IMG/VR virus record: IMGVR_UViG_3300045988_039373
Coordinates: 1-64,000 of that record
DNA: 64,000 bases
Strand: one strand, 5' to 3'
Source of the DNA: a virus
Part shown: positions 36,088 through 47,078 of the stretch, piece by piece
Position numbering within the stretch: position 1 is the stretch's first letter
How the letters are laid out: every line of letters begins with the position of its first letter
Notes under the pieces: model-generated
What the model saw: only the letters and a program-made list of their open reading frames with translations
What the model was told of the DNA's origin: nothing
Databases searched by the model: none
Translations under genes and position numbers: made by a program

Positions 36088-37740
36088 TGTTCTACTATTT
36101 GCCAAGATTGATTACTGTAGGTTGTAATGGTGAAGGTCTTTTCCGATAGGTCATCGAATTCCCATTCCAACTTTTGAGGATTAACACTTAATAGGTCTGC
36201 ATCTACTACTGTGAACTTAGTTCTCTTAGAAGTATCTGCAACGGATTCAAAGATATATTCTCCTGCTTGAGCAGTAATGAATTCATAACCTTGTCCACCA
36301 GCATCATAGGTATTAACCTTGCCCACTTCCCTAATTCTACTATCGAAATCTGGTTTATTCGAAGTACACTTAATTAAGGTAGATACTTGTTTAACAGTAC
36401 CCTTTAGTTCGGCATACTCTGGAGTACAAGATATCTCAATGATAGTTGGATAATCTTCCAGGATTACTTGGCATCTTAGAGAAGAACCATCATCAGCTAC
36501 GAAAGTATAGGTACCTGCTTTGGTAAGAGTAATCTCTTCACCCAGATTATAGGTTTCTCCAGTCTCATCACAAGTAGCAGTACCATTTACATTTACTCCG
36601 TTCTTCATTTCTTCCAGTGAGAACTTACAAGCAGACTTCTCATCCACCAAAGCATATACTGCATAGGTATCATCGATTTGGTCTTCTGGTAAAGTCCAAT
36701 CTGGTTCTTGCCAATGTTCATCGGTAGTATCTGAAGGAACTATCTTTAACTTATTCTGATATACTGTTGGAGAATTGCTTACGGTCCAGATAGTCCTTGC
36801 AGATGGGTAAGCTACAGATTGGAAAGTATAAGTACCTGACCTATTAGTATTATATACATAACCATTCTTAGCATCGAATACTTCCCCGGTTTCTACTACT
36901 CTTACTCTGTAGTCATCACCATTACCTGAGATACGTTGAATACTTACTGTGGTCTTGGCTGAACCATTAAACAAAGTAGAAGATGGTGGGTTAATACTAA
37001 CTCTATAGATTGCGGTCTTACCAGAAGTTACTTTGAAGATACCTACACCTTCTTCGGTTTCCCTTTTATCAAGAGTACACCTAAACTTATAGGTACCATA
37101 ACTGCTGGCAGTAAACTTATCTCCATTCTTAAATAACTTAGTGTCACCTACCAACCTGCAGTATAAGTCTCCAGTAAAGGATTCCGGGTAATTAGATTCG
37201 ATGGTTAGAGTAGTAGTTGCATCCCTTATACTTTGTTTATCACCAACTCGAAACTCTGATGGAGTACATCTTACTTTATAAGTAATCTCTTGTCTGGTTA
37301 CTACAAAGGAAGTTTGTTTTACTGGGAACTCTACAATCTCAAAGTAATAAGTACCGGGTTCTTTAAATTCCCAAGTTGCTCCTGATACTTTTACTTGGTC
37401 AGTTCCTGACAATCGAACATTATAAGTTTTGATTTGTCCCTTATAGGATACGTTAGCCCTTACTACCGTATACACACTTAGCTTTGATGGTGTTATCTCT
37501 GCAGTAACTGGGTCACAGGTAATTGAGTATACCCTGTTATAAGATTCTTGACCTACGGTGATTTGGGTTATCTTGGAATTATCCCCAACGCTTCGGAAAT
37601 AATAAGTACCCGCTCTTGGTATATTAAATACAAAACCACTGGGATGTTTTGTATATCCCCAATTTACCTTATCACTTGATATCTGAAACCTTAAATCAGC
37701 ATTAGGCCAATCAGCAGTTACGGTTACCATAACAGGTACT
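36084..37740 (-). repeat. Coding array of about six divergent Ig-like modules of roughly 75-90 aa.
   Basis: Recurrent motif: RAGTYYFRSVGD, EPGTYYFEIVEF, SYGTYKFRCTLD, RSGTYTFQSVAY, KAGTYTFVADDG, QAGEYIFESVAD. Approximate bounds. Confidence 0.6.
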
Positions 37741-38546
37741 TCATATACTTCTGAAGTTATCAGATTTGGTTGGTCAGGATTTACTAATTCTGCCTTGATT
37801 GCATACCCATCATTTACCGTAAACCCATATTGGATATTGAATGATACATGGTAAGGTATGAATCTTCGGAAGAAACTTTCTACAGCTTCCCTAAATCTTT
37901 TGAATGCCTCAGAGTTCGAAGTATACCCATGACCTGTAAGGCTAAATGTTACCGGTATACATTGAGAACAATCGAAAGTATTATCATAAGAATACTTGTC
38001 ATCATACAAGAAGTATTGGTCAAAGTAAGGGTGACCTTTTATCCAACCGTCGTAAGAATCTGCCTTAGCTGGGTCTGAGACTGTACAGGTTAACCCATAT
38101 AGCCTCATCATTATTTCGAAGAATTCAGCTGTACCTCGTATCTTGAATAGAGATACCGAATATCTTAGAATATTTCTTACTTGAGTACTGGTTAAAGTGA
38201 AAGGCCCCTCCTTTGGTATTATCCAAAGCTTTGATAATTCCTGGAGTTTACTGTCTGAGTAGAAACCATTAAAGTACTCTGACCACTTCTGGGCATCTAT
38301 TGTGTTCCCATAAGCGAAGGGCATTTCTCCGAGGAATTGCCAAAGAAAGTTGAGATACATGTCTGGAGTTTTATCTATATCGATAATATCCAGAATGTTA
38401 TCAATGTCTTTAGTAATATAATCTTCAAAATGCTCTCCACAAATTTCTAGAAACCTCTCCAGAATGCCCTTACCATTTACCTTATAAGTATCTTGGTCCT
38501 TATATTCGAATGGTAAAAAATCAATTAGGTTTTTGAGGTTTATCAT
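36084..38546 (-). CDS. Baseplate wedge protein: P2 gpI-like N-terminus followed by about six tandem Ig-like domains.
   Basis: N-terminus LPFEYKDQDTYK ... FLWQFLGEMPFA ... FKIRGTAEFFEIMMRLYGL. The repeats each end in G(T/E)YxF. The C-terminus is BACON-like (LSVNPQKLEWEFDDLSEKTFTITTYSNQSWQIV). Confidence 0.65.
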   Translation of the reverse strand: MINLKNLIDFLPFEYKDQDTYKVNGKGILERFLEICGEHFEDYITKDIDNILDIIDIDKTPDMYLNFLWQFLGEMPFAYGNTIDAQKWSEYFNGFYSDSKLQELSKLWIIPKEGPFTLTSTQVRNILRYSVSLFKIRGTAEFFEIMMRLYGLTCTVSDPAKADSYDGWIKGHPYFDQYFLYDDKYSYDNTFDCSQCIPVTFSLTGHGYTSNSEAFKRFREAVESFFRRFIPYHVSFNIQYGFTVNDGYAIKAELVNPDQPNLITSEVYEVPVMVTVTADWPNADLRFQISSDKVNWGYTKHPSGFVFNIPRAGTYYFRSVGDNSKITQITVGQESYNRVYSITCDPVTAEITPSKLSVYTVVRANVSYKGQIKTYNVRLSGTDQVKVSGATWEFKEPGTYYFEIVEFPVKQTSFVVTRQEITYKVRCTPSEFRVGDKQSIRDATTTLTIESNYPESFTGDLYCRLVGDTKLFKNGDKFTASSYGTYKFRCTLDKRETEEGVGIFKVTSGKTAIYRVSINPPSSTLFNGSAKTTVSIQRISGNGDDYRVRVVETGEVFDAKNGYVYNTNRSGTYTFQSVAYPSARTIWTVSNSPTVYQNKLKIVPSDTTDEHWQEPDWTLPEDQIDDTYAVYALVDEKSACKFSLEEMKNGVNVNGTATCDETGETYNLGEEITLTKAGTYTFVADDGSSLRCQVILEDYPTIIEISCTPEYAELKGTVKQVSTLIKCTSNKPDFDSRIREVGKVNTYDAGGQGYEFITAQAGEYIFESVADTSKRTKFTVVDADLLSVNPQKLEWEFDDLSEKTFTITTYSNQSWQIVEQ

Positions 38547-40264
38547 ACTATCTCATTTACGGTTAGTGTTAACTGTGAAGCATTTTCGAATACCGGTAAA
38601 TTAAAACCGGGGTCTTCGTAATCATGATTAGGTTCTGATACGGTAATTGAATAACGGTACCCGGATTGGTAACTGTTGTTCTGTATATCCAGAGAGAAGT
38701 CAAACCCATTTGCCTTATCTACTACCTGGAGTGAACTACCAACAGAACCTGTAGCTACATAACCATTCGATACTGAACGTACTGTAAAAGTTGTAGAAGA
38801 ATTGAAGGTTATGAAGTAGGTCATAGACCCAGTAGCCTTATTCAATTTGAACTGTCCCAATGCAAGTTCCTTGTTACCATAAATGGTAGTAGGCCAAGGC
38901 TTGATATAAAACTTGGTAAGGTGTAGGTAATCTATGGTAGACAGATTATCAATCAGAGCATAGATATCAGATACCCTTACGCTTCCTCCAATCTCTGCTT
39001 GTTCTGGAGAGTAGGCATTATATAATGCTGTAAGGATTTGTGTCTGTATCTCTGCAGTCTTATAAGACTTCTTTCCAGTGACATCCATCTCCAGGATGAT
39101 TTGAACTTTTCCTGCAGATTTAACCTTGAGCCAGGTAGTCATAGGAGCCCTCTGAGATAGTAAGTTGTATACTCTACTAATTAACTCAGAAGAAGCTACT
39201 GCTCCACCATCTGGGCTAATATATACCGTAAGCTTTCTACCACATTCGTAATCTGCTTTTGCCTTGTTAACCCCATCAACTAACATTGCCAAGCTTTCGA
39301 AATCCTCTTTGGTAATTGCTACTCCCAGAGTCTTAACACTCAAAGGTATATGTTCCTTGAGCATAGTGAAGTTCTCATAATTAGAACCACCTCCTGCATC
39401 ATAAGCATTACTTACTGTAGCATCAGTGATTGATGAGGATATAACTGAGGGTACTGATGTAATGGTATTACTCTTTACATTACCTTGAGAACCATTGGTT
39501 AAGTAGAATACCACATTGGTTATCTTTGCACCTGCTGCAGGTTTCTTACCAAAGGTACCATCTCCAAACATTATATATGGGTTTAGAGATTCATCTACCG
39601 ATACCATAAAGTGTTTATCCGTAGGTTTAGACTTTGCAAAGGTTTCTACCAATACCCAAGATTCCCCACCTATCTGTAAAGACATAGAGCCATGTTCATA
39701 ATACTTACCGTTGGGTAATGTACCCAAGTTAAGTTGTACTCTATCTCCTGTAGGTATTACCATGTTATTGAGAGCACTTGTAGTATACTTCTCATGTTGA
39801 ATAATTGGTACCTTGCAGGTAGTTACATTTGAATACCAGGTAACATCTCGGGCAGATAACCAGCTATTACCACTTTGGTCTGTAAATAGAGTTCCTTGTG
39901 GTATGGTTAACTTTGCACCAATAGAGTTACCAGTAATGCTTCTAGATAAGATTACATCTACGGTAGCGGCAATCGCTGCTCGAGCATGGTAATCTACCAA
40001 GGCACCATGTTTAACTACCGAATCATATCTACGAGCTGTAGATAAGAAAGTTTCCCTTGCCATATTGTCTACATAGTAATGTAGTACTTCAGCAATCGCT
40101 GCAAACAAGGAGAGAATGATAATAAGGATGTTTCCCTCCGAATAGTCCGTTATGAGTTTCTGACCATCCTTGTCCTTGAGACCCATAAGGGATTCTACCA
40201 GCTTGGCCTTAATCTGTTGGTAAGACCTCTGGTATGGGTTAAGCCATTTATTTGTGATTCCCAT
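38543..40264 (-). CDS. Baseplate J / T4 gp6-like wedge protein.
   Basis: The N-terminal pattern DYSEGNILIIILSLFAAIAEVLHYYVDNMARETFLSTARRYDSVVKHGALVDY is typical of the Baseplate_J family. It follows the gp25-like gene. Confidence 0.7.
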   Translation of the reverse strand: MGITNKWLNPYQRSYQQIKAKLVESLMGLKDKDGQKLITDYSEGNILIIILSLFAAIAEVLHYYVDNMARETFLSTARRYDSVVKHGALVDYHARAAIAATVDVILSRSITGNSIGAKLTIPQGTLFTDQSGNSWLSARDVTWYSNVTTCKVPIIQHEKYTTSALNNMVIPTGDRVQLNLGTLPNGKYYEHGSMSLQIGGESWVLVETFAKSKPTDKHFMVSVDESLNPYIMFGDGTFGKKPAAGAKITNVVFYLTNGSQGNVKSNTITSVPSVISSSITDATVSNAYDAGGGSNYENFTMLKEHIPLSVKTLGVAITKEDFESLAMLVDGVNKAKADYECGRKLTVYISPDGGAVASSELISRVYNLLSQRAPMTTWLKVKSAGKVQIILEMDVTGKKSYKTAEIQTQILTALYNAYSPEQAEIGGSVRVSDIYALIDNLSTIDYLHLTKFYIKPWPTTIYGNKELALGQFKLNKATGSMTYFITFNSSTTFTVRSVSNGYVATGSVGSSLQVVDKANGFDFSLDIQNNSYQSGYRYSITVSEPNHDYEDPGFNLPVFENASQLTLTVNEIV

Positions 40265-40265
40265 A

Positions 40266-40691
40266 TTATTGTGTATTTAATGAATTATCCGAGTGATCAT
40301 AGGTGATGTCGAGGTACTGACTAGAATTTGTTCCATTTACTACATAAGCTACTTCTATATGTATTTTTGCATCAACTCTAGTAACTGTGATGCTTTGGAA
40401 GGTTATTCGCTGTTCCCATGCACCTATGGCTTGTTTTAAAAACTCTTTAATTATAAAACTTAGGGCTTGTGAGTTTGGTTCCTCAATACATTGCCAAAGT
40501 TTACTACCAAAGTTTTCCTGTCGAAATCTCTGGCCAATCATGTAATATAGGATAGCACTTATATTATCCCGGATAAGTTTGAAATCCCCATTTACTGGGT
40601 ACCAACCGGTTTCTCCCTTTTCGTTTCGAGTAAGTTGAATAGGAAACGTTACTCCTATACCAACTATATCTGTGAAGTAATTCTTTTCCAT
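40266..40691 (-). CDS. GPW/gp25-like baseplate protein.
   Basis: GVTFPIQL ... IRDNISAILYYMIGQRFRQENFGSKLWQCIEEP ... AWEQRI. The ATG is at 40689-40691 (the track start was TTG), a TAATG junction with the upstream gene. Confidence 0.8.
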   Translation of the reverse strand: MEKNYFTDIVGIGVTFPIQLTRNEKGETGWYPVNGDFKLIRDNISAILYYMIGQRFRQENFGSKLWQCIEEPNSQALSFIIKEFLKQAIGAWEQRITFQSITVTRVDAKIHIEVAYVVNGTNSSQYLDITYDHSDNSLNTQ

Positions 40692-41413
40692 TAGTGTATA
40701 CAAGATTTATCCTCATAATCATCAATCTGAAATTGTGAGAATGGTTTAGTTACTTGAGTTACAGTAGGACCTGAAGAACCTGGTCCAGTAGTTACACCTG
40801 AGTGTACATGAGAGTTGAACATACTTCTTAATTGTTCGAGTTCCTTAACCGTTTGGTTTAGTTTCTCGGTTAGCTGTTCGATGTTGATGATACCTCTATT
40901 TTCTCCCTCATTTATTACTACGGTATCACCTGAGTTAATACCAATGCTTTTCTTAGAAGCCACCACTACATCTGATTCAGAGTATACTGACACAGTACCA
41001 TTGAAGTATAAGTTCAGAGTTCCTTCATCGTCATTAATAACAATCAGATTACCTTCTGGAGTAACTAAGCCCATCTTATTGGGCCCATTCAAGGGTTCAG
41101 GGATTTGTTGTAATCCCCATCCATGATATTCCCAAAGAGGTTTAGTTGGGTCTCCGAATTCGAAAGTAACAAAAACTATATCGCCTATCTTAGGAGCCAA
41201 GAACTTGAAGCCTGTACTAATTGAACCATGTTGTCCTTTTGGTAAGGCCCATGCAAAAGTACCTCCCATTACTTCTGGGATACATACTTTCACCCTATTC
41301 ATATTCTTCTCAGTATCTTCATTGTCTATGACTATACCTCGATAAACTGAGTAGTACCTACCAAGGCCTTCTAGGCCTTCTTCGGTTATTATCTTTGCAG
41401 TTTCGTATCCCAT
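40691..41413 (-). CDS. Baseplate spike / gpV (gp5 OB-fold, VgrG-like) protein.
   Basis: YRGIVIDNEDTEKNMNRVKVCIPEVMGGTFAWALP ... IGDIVFVTFEFGDPTKPLW. Confidence 0.7.
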   Translation of the reverse strand: MGYETAKIITEEGLEGLGRYYSVYRGIVIDNEDTEKNMNRVKVCIPEVMGGTFAWALPKGQHGSISTGFKFLAPKIGDIVFVTFEFGDPTKPLWEYHGWGLQQIPEPLNGPNKMGLVTPEGNLIVINDDEGTLNLYFNGTVSVYSESDVVVASKKSIGINSGDTVVINEGENRGIINIEQLTEKLNQTVKELEQLRSMFNSHVHSGVTTGPGSSGPTVTQVTKPFSQFQIDDYEDKSCIH

Positions 41414-43331
41414 AATTACTTACATAATTACTTAATCTTATTTTTTTCTTTAGGTATTCCTTGAAGTTCTTCATGGCCACTGCCTGATAATCAAATTTAA
41501 CCCAATAATCATCTGGCACCTGAACTTCCTTGATTGTAATCTTGCCAGGTATGTACTTACCGGTAGATGTAGTAAGATTACCTTCACTGATAATCATACC
41601 TTCGGCTTTTTCAAGTGGGTCTTTTGCAACTACTTCGGTATAGTAAGCTTTCTTCCGTATAAACTCATCTGCAGCTCTCCAGTCTTTTAATTGACCATTC
41701 TTGTCCATGAAGTTCTCTACGAAGTATACTACCTCGTTATAGGTGAAGTCAAGTACCAATTCATTAGTATTACTCAAAGCCTTTTTATCTTTACCCTTAT
41801 CCGTCTTACTGTTTGCCTTAGCTTCATTGGCTACAATAGTTTGAGTAGATAAACCGGACTTAGCTGTAACTGAACCTGATTTACCAGCATTCTTAACTAA
41901 TTCTAAATTAGTTACATAACCTTGACCTGCATCCATAGAGTGAGTACACTGTTTAATATACCAAGGTCCTGACCAACGTTTACCTACATTCTCAATTATG
42001 ATAATCTGAGATGATGCTAGAGAAGGTCTGCCCACTACTTGCATTTTACATACAATACGTTTCTCTGTATGCTTTAAACCGCCATTAGCATTAGCATTAG
42101 CTGCCCAAGCATATTTATCGGCTCCCCCATATCTACCAAATAGGTTATGATAAAGCTTATAGATGGGCACATCCATATTAGCCTTTTTCCAATGTTGTAC
42201 TTTCACACTGATACTGTAAATTCCCAAGCTTTGATTAAGAGGGTTCTTATACTTGATAACTGGAGTGTCATCTATTACGATTGCATACGGGTCATCTTTT
42301 AAAGCTTGTATACCTCGATTTACACTTGCCATGTCTTCAGATCCCCAAGCAGTAGCACCTCCCTTATTAGCATGTTGAGGGTCATAATCTCTTGGGTCTA
42401 CATCTTCTACAGTCATGTAAGTCATTTGGTCTTCACCTTCAAATAGATACCTCTCATTCTTCAATATCTTATAAAGATTAGCCTCTAACTCTTTACCTGT
42501 TTTTGAATTACGTAATGCTTGTTGTACGGCAGATTTACGGTCACTTGGTAAATTAGAAACTGCTTGATTGATGGATTCTTTTAGTTCAGTAAGGCTCATC
42601 TCATCTAGATGTTTCTGTTTACCATTCCTATAAGCTTCTGCAGGGTTAGCAGCATTGTATTCAGCTACGTCACTATTCCAATCGTAATTCAATTCTTTCT
42701 CTGCTGCAACCGCTGCTTTGAAATTCATATCATTAGCTAGAGCATGTTCTATCTGAATACTTCGTACTTTCCAAATATCTTCGGGATTATTCTCTGCCCC
42801 ATATTTACCTACTGAAGTATGCCAATTTTTGTAGTATACACCATTTGCCTCATTGGGCATTACTTGAGGTAAGTTGTTATCTTCTGGTTCTTTTATACCT
42901 GTAGTGACTACATTTAAGTCTTTAGTCTCTGGACTTACCAAAGGAGATAGAGTTGCCTTAACTCTTTTGGTAATGTTCTCCATGGCAAAAGATACACTAA
43001 GTACCTCACCATTCTCACCTTGATAGGTATAAGTATGAACTGGTTCCTCATTGAACTTACGATTATGTATATAGATAACTCCATCCCTGGAATCTACATA
43101 CCAAGGCCCATTAGTATAACCTTTCATCTTCTGTTCTAATTGAACCAAGATATTCTTACCCACCAAACCAAAGTCGCTATCAATTAAAGCCTTTAAATCC
43201 TCAGGCATAGCTACTTGAGCTACTCCACTAAACCGGTTAGCATAAAGCACCTTTCCAGTAGTAGTTCGAGTATTTTCTGTAGGCACTTGTAGTGACTCAT
43301 ATACTTTATTACTTATTATCTGTTGTTCCAT
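41358..43331 (-). CDS. Baseplate hub protein (gpD / Mu gp44 / gp27-like; tentative).
   Basis: It lies directly upstream of the spike gene. The C-terminal RWSGPWYIKQCTHSMDAGQGYVTNLELV resembles the late-control-D family. Confidence 0.55.
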   Translation of the reverse strand: MEQQIISNKVYESLQVPTENTRTTTGKVLYANRFSGVAQVAMPEDLKALIDSDFGLVGKNILVQLEQKMKGYTNGPWYVDSRDGVIYIHNRKFNEEPVHTYTYQGENGEVLSVSFAMENITKRVKATLSPLVSPETKDLNVVTTGIKEPEDNNLPQVMPNEANGVYYKNWHTSVGKYGAENNPEDIWKVRSIQIEHALANDMNFKAAVAAEKELNYDWNSDVAEYNAANPAEAYRNGKQKHLDEMSLTELKESINQAVSNLPSDRKSAVQQALRNSKTGKELEANLYKILKNERYLFEGEDQMTYMTVEDVDPRDYDPQHANKGGATAWGSEDMASVNRGIQALKDDPYAIVIDDTPVIKYKNPLNQSLGIYSISVKVQHWKKANMDVPIYKLYHNLFGRYGGADKYAWAANANANGGLKHTEKRIVCKMQVVGRPSLASSQIIIIENVGKRWSGPWYIKQCTHSMDAGQGYVTNLELVKNAGKSGSVTAKSGLSTQTIVANEAKANSKTDKGKDKKALSNTNELVLDFTYNEVVYFVENFMDKNGQLKDWRAADEFIRKKAYYTEVVAKDPLEKAEGMIISEGNLTTSTGKYIPGKITIKEVQVPDDYWVKFDYQAVAMKNFKEYLKKKIRLSNYVSNYGIRNCKDNNRRRPRRPW

Positions 43332-43822
43332 TACTGAAAGATTTCTATGATTACACCAGTAGAATTATCACAACCATTGTCCAAGAAGGTAGATAACTTA
43401 TAACCTTCCATATCCGAAAAGTTATAAGCAGGCTGATACCTTAAATCACCTGTGGAATCAATGCACTTAATAGTTACATGAGTACCTGTAGAATCAAAAG
43501 TAGCTTCGAAGTCCCTTACCTTGATTACCTTTATGGGACCAGATACGAATTGACCATCGGGATAAATATAACCCCACTGAAGGCAGATTACCTGACCCTC
43601 TTGTAAAGCCTCGATATCTACGGTATCTGGATTGCCAGTATCAAAAGTGATGGTAGCCAAATTCTCTTTCTCTTCATCGTATTTATAATTCCAGGTACTT
43701 ATATACGCTCCAAGAGGAATGCCCGTAAGAGGATTCTTAATAGGCATTCCTTTAAAATCGAAAAGGGCCAAATAAGGTTGGCCCATTCCATTATACAATA
43801 TAGGTTTCTGTTTAGCCGGCAT
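43331..43822 (-). CDS. Tail or baseplate protein of unknown function (163 aa).
   Basis: ORF track; ATG at 43820-43822; embedded in the baseplate operon. Confidence 0.6.
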   Translation of the reverse strand: MPAKQKPILYNGMGQPYLALFDFKGMPIKNPLTGIPLGAYISTWNYKYDEEKENLATITFDTGNPDTVDIEALQEGQVICLQWGYIYPDGQFVSGPIKVIKVRDFEATFDSTGTHVTIKCIDSTGDLRYQPAYNFSDMEGYKLSTFLDNGCDNSTGVIIEIFQ

Positions 43823-44102
43823 ACACTGGGATTTTTATAATGGTTCCACTTTCTAATTCCTTAAATGGATTGAGGATAGTATTTGCTTCAGCAATTAGAA
43901 ACCATTTACCAGAATCCCCATAATACCGATAAGCAATATTCTGCAAAGTCTCACCATCCTTAACGGTATGTTGAAGATCATCATTAGAAGAAGGTACTGA
44001 TGTCTGTACTGCCTCTAAAGAATAATCTCCATCGCCATAGTTTAAAACATAGGCCTGGTTATAGGGACTTGCACCTTTTAAATATTGAGATGTATCAATC
44101 AT
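43812..44102 (-). CDS. LysM-domain tail protein (P2 gpX-like).
   Basis: The track ORF is trimmed to the ATG at 44100-44102 (MIDTSQY). LysM domain: HTVKDGETLQNIAYRYYGDSGKWFLIAEANTILNPFKELESGTIIKIP. Confidence 0.7.
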   Translation of the reverse strand: MIDTSQYLKGASPYNQAYVLNYGDGDYSLEAVQTSVPSSNDDLQHTVKDGETLQNIAYRYYGDSGKWFLIAEANTILNPFKELESGTIIKIPVYAG

Positions 44103-45012
44103 ATTTAATGCCCTCCGTCTTCTTAAGTGAATCAGTATTAATAAAATCTCCATAGGATAAATTATAAGCACTTACTCTCTTGAAGATTAATTCCTGAGTT
44201 GCTGCTGCAGGCAATAACTTACCATTGCCAAATGTAGCAGGTTTACCTGGTACCCTTACTCTATAACCATTCTGAAAGTTCTTCAGAGTATAGGTTGCAG
44301 AGGTAAGGATATAATAATGATTTTCGAATATACCAGAATCTCCCCACTCGATTTGGATTATTGGAGGTGCTGCTTGATAACCGTTTGCCTTCGTCCAGGC
44401 TTCAAGTAATCTACATTTATTTATCACTTCCTCTGGGTTATCCAAAGTAGTTGAGAACCAAGATACATTAAATTGAATGATATCTTCAGCTCCCGTGAAA
44501 TGATACATAGGTGTATTACGACCCATAGACTTAATAGTTGCCCAAGTAGTTTCTCCTCGAAAATCTAATTCGGGAGGTCGATTCTGTAAAGTAATATATT
44601 GGGTTGGGTTAGCAGACATGTTATAAATCCGTACTTCGTTTTGATATCGGATGTCTGCCTTTACTTCGAAGTTTCTGTAGTTAGTGGTATTCTTATTACC
44701 CTTTGCTGGGTCTACTCCTTCCCCTTCCTCCATCCTTGGAAATTGTAATTCCATTCTCCATTTTGCCTGGAGTTGTTTGTTCAGAGTTGGGTTCTTAGAA
44801 GATATCTGAGCTTCTCCGGGTACCCCATTAGGGTCATAGATTTTACCCTTGAGAGCACTATCTTTTGGAAGAGTAGAAGTAGCTCGGTTAAGTAATATCC
44901 GAGCTCTCCAAAGTTTATTCAAAGGGCCAGTAAGAACACCTGCTGTATCTCGAGTAAGGTCATTGTATTTTTCAACAACTTTACCAGCTGCCTGTCCTAA
45001 TATTCTAGCCAT
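44095..45012 (-). CDS. Tail protein of unknown function (305 aa), immediately after the tape measure gene.
   Basis: ORF track. By position it is analogous to Mu gp43 or P2 gpU. No motif recognised. Confidence 0.6.
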   Translation of the reverse strand: MARILGQAAGKVVEKYNDLTRDTAGVLTGPLNKLWRARILLNRATSTLPKDSALKGKIYDPNGVPGEAQISSKNPTLNKQLQAKWRMELQFPRMEEGEGVDPAKGNKNTTNYRNFEVKADIRYQNEVRIYNMSANPTQYITLQNRPPELDFRGETTWATIKSMGRNTPMYHFTGAEDIIQFNVSWFSTTLDNPEEVINKCRLLEAWTKANGYQAAPPIIQIEWGDSGIFENHYYILTSATYTLKNFQNGYRVRVPGKPATFGNGKLLPAAATQELIFKRVSAYNLSYGDFINTDSLKKTEGIKYD

Positions 45013-45023
45013 AATATTTTAGT

Positions 45024-46967
45024 TTATAATCCTAATACTACTCCAGTATAATCCTGTTGACTACCAAGGGAATAGTCACCCATAGATTGCCCATCAATTG
45101 TAATACCAATCTTGCCCTCTTTTAAACCATCCCTGATGGCAGACTTCATGGCATTGATAAACCTTTCTTCATTCTGAGCTCTGATAGCTAAGGGGTCATC
45201 CTCCTTGTTATTCTGAGCATCGGTATTTTTATCTATCGAACTGATAAGTCTACCACCTACCTCGATTAATAGAGGTAAACCTATGCTAATGGCTAAACCC
45301 CAGGGTCCTCCTAAGAACCCCATAAATCTACCCATCATACCAGTTAAACCTTTAGCAGCAACCTGACCTGCTGCTCTACTACCAGCATTAGCAACAGCTC
45401 CACCGACTGCCCCTCCCATAAGATTACCTGCCATAGTAGTTGCCATTGGTACACCTGGGTTAGGTGTTTTAACATATCTACCATTTGACATATTGTAGAA
45501 CCTACCCTTGCTATTCATACCAATACCACTTGACATCATCTGGAGTTGAACCATAGTTCTCATAAGGTTAACCATGCTTACCATGTGAGCTTCCATGATG
45601 GCAAATTGGGTATTGGTCTTTATAGCCGCAGCTGACATACCTTCGGTAGAAGCAGTAGCTATAGTTTGTAGGTAACCTATTGACCTTATGACGCCTCGTA
45701 CAGTCCTAAAGCCTGCAACTATTGTACCTACTACTACACCTGTAGCAGCTACTCTTAAAGCAAAACTACCTCCCCAAGTTTCTGAAATAGAATTAACTAT
45801 GCCCAGGAACTTAACTCCGAATTGGAGAACTGGAGTAAATACTCTACCCATTGCAGCACCTGCAGTTACCGTTAAGTTCTCAAGTGAGGATTCCCATCGG
45901 TCAATTACACCTGCATCGGTTTTAAGTCTTTCCTCATTCATCTGGTTAACTGCACCCATGTTCTTATTATAGGTAGCAAGTATCTGTCCCATTTTATCTC
46001 TACCAGAGGCAATGTCTCTAAGTACTGGGAGCATACCACGATTACCACGAACACCAAAGATATTGAAGAATGTTGGGGTTTCGACACGAGAAGGCATATC
46101 TGCTGCTGCCTTAGCAAACTTCTGATATACAGAGTACAGGTCAATAAGATTACCTTGAGCATCGAAGAAGTCATCTGGACTTAAGCCCATGTCTGCTAAA
46201 GCGTTATAGCCTTTCTTCTTTTGGTTAACAAGAGATAGTTGTAAGTAACGTATCATATTTGCCAGAGAGGTACCAGCCATAGAACCTTGTATACCCATGT
46301 CTCCCAATACACCAATAGCCGCAGCAGTTTGCCTAAGGTCTACACCAGCAGTTGCCATATCTGCTCCCGCATAAGATATGGACTGAGCTAAGTCCTGTAA
46401 AGATATATTTGCATTAGTAACTGCAGTATATAAATCATCGGTTACTCTAGCGGCTTCAGTCATTGGGATTTGGTACATTGACATGATATTAGTCATCAAG
46501 TCAGCTACACCACCTTTACCTCCCACTGGCATTGTAAAGATTGAAGCCAGCTTAGAAGCCGGCCCAATCATTTCCTTAATAGCATCGAATTTATTACCTG
46601 CCATAGCCAGGTATCTTTGTCCTGATGCAACATCCGAAGCAGTAAGAGGTGTCATAGCATTGACATCTTTTGCCAATTGTAACATCTCCTTCTGTTCTGC
46701 AATGGTAGCACCAGCAATCTTCGAAGCAGTCCAAACTTCATTTTGAACACCTGCAGAGTATTTATAGGCCCTGGCCATTCCCCCTACGAGCTGCATTCCG
46801 AAGTCTAGTGAATTAGAAGCTGACATCTGAATACCTCGGTTCCAGGTATTCATATCGTTCATCATAGTTCTAAATGAACCAGATATCTTACCAGCTTCCT
46901 GAGAGAATCGGTCTCTTAAAACCATGGCAACACCGACCTCTATTACACTCCTACTGGCATTTATCAT
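45024..46967 (-). CDS. Tail tape measure protein.
   Basis: TP901-type TMP core pattern (LASIFTMPVGGKGGVADLMTNIMSMYQIP ... AIGVLGDMGIQGSMAGTSLANMIRYL) and a Gly-rich hydrophobic C-terminal half. Confidence 0.85.
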   Translation of the reverse strand: MINASRSVIEVGVAMVLRDRFSQEAGKISGSFRTMMNDMNTWNRGIQMSASNSLDFGMQLVGGMARAYKYSAGVQNEVWTASKIAGATIAEQKEMLQLAKDVNAMTPLTASDVASGQRYLAMAGNKFDAIKEMIGPASKLASIFTMPVGGKGGVADLMTNIMSMYQIPMTEAARVTDDLYTAVTNANISLQDLAQSISYAGADMATAGVDLRQTAAAIGVLGDMGIQGSMAGTSLANMIRYLQLSLVNQKKKGYNALADMGLSPDDFFDAQGNLIDLYSVYQKFAKAAADMPSRVETPTFFNIFGVRGNRGMLPVLRDIASGRDKMGQILATYNKNMGAVNQMNEERLKTDAGVIDRWESSLENLTVTAGAAMGRVFTPVLQFGVKFLGIVNSISETWGGSFALRVAATGVVVGTIVAGFRTVRGVIRSIGYLQTIATASTEGMSAAAIKTNTQFAIMEAHMVSMVNLMRTMVQLQMMSSGIGMNSKGRFYNMSNGRYVKTPNPGVPMATTMAGNLMGGAVGGAVANAGSRAAGQVAAKGLTGMMGRFMGFLGGPWGLAISIGLPLLIEVGGRLISSIDKNTDAQNNKEDDPLAIRAQNEERFINAMKSAIRDGLKEGKIGITIDGQSMGDYSLGSQQDYTGVVLGL

Positions 46968-47049
46968 TTCGTTTTCTTTTTAATCTGTTTATAATATTGC
47001 TCGGCCATATCCTTAAATATTTTTCTTATCCTATACGGAAGACGTAAAA

Positions 47050-47078
47050 AGCCGAAATAATCTAAGGTTATCTCGGCT
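47050..47078 (-). terminator. Intrinsic terminator or attenuator just upstream of the tape measure gene.
   Basis: AGCCGAAATAA (47050-47060) pairs with TTATCTCGGCT (47068-47078), giving 10 of 11 bp. In minus sense it is followed by TTTTACGTC. Confidence 0.5.
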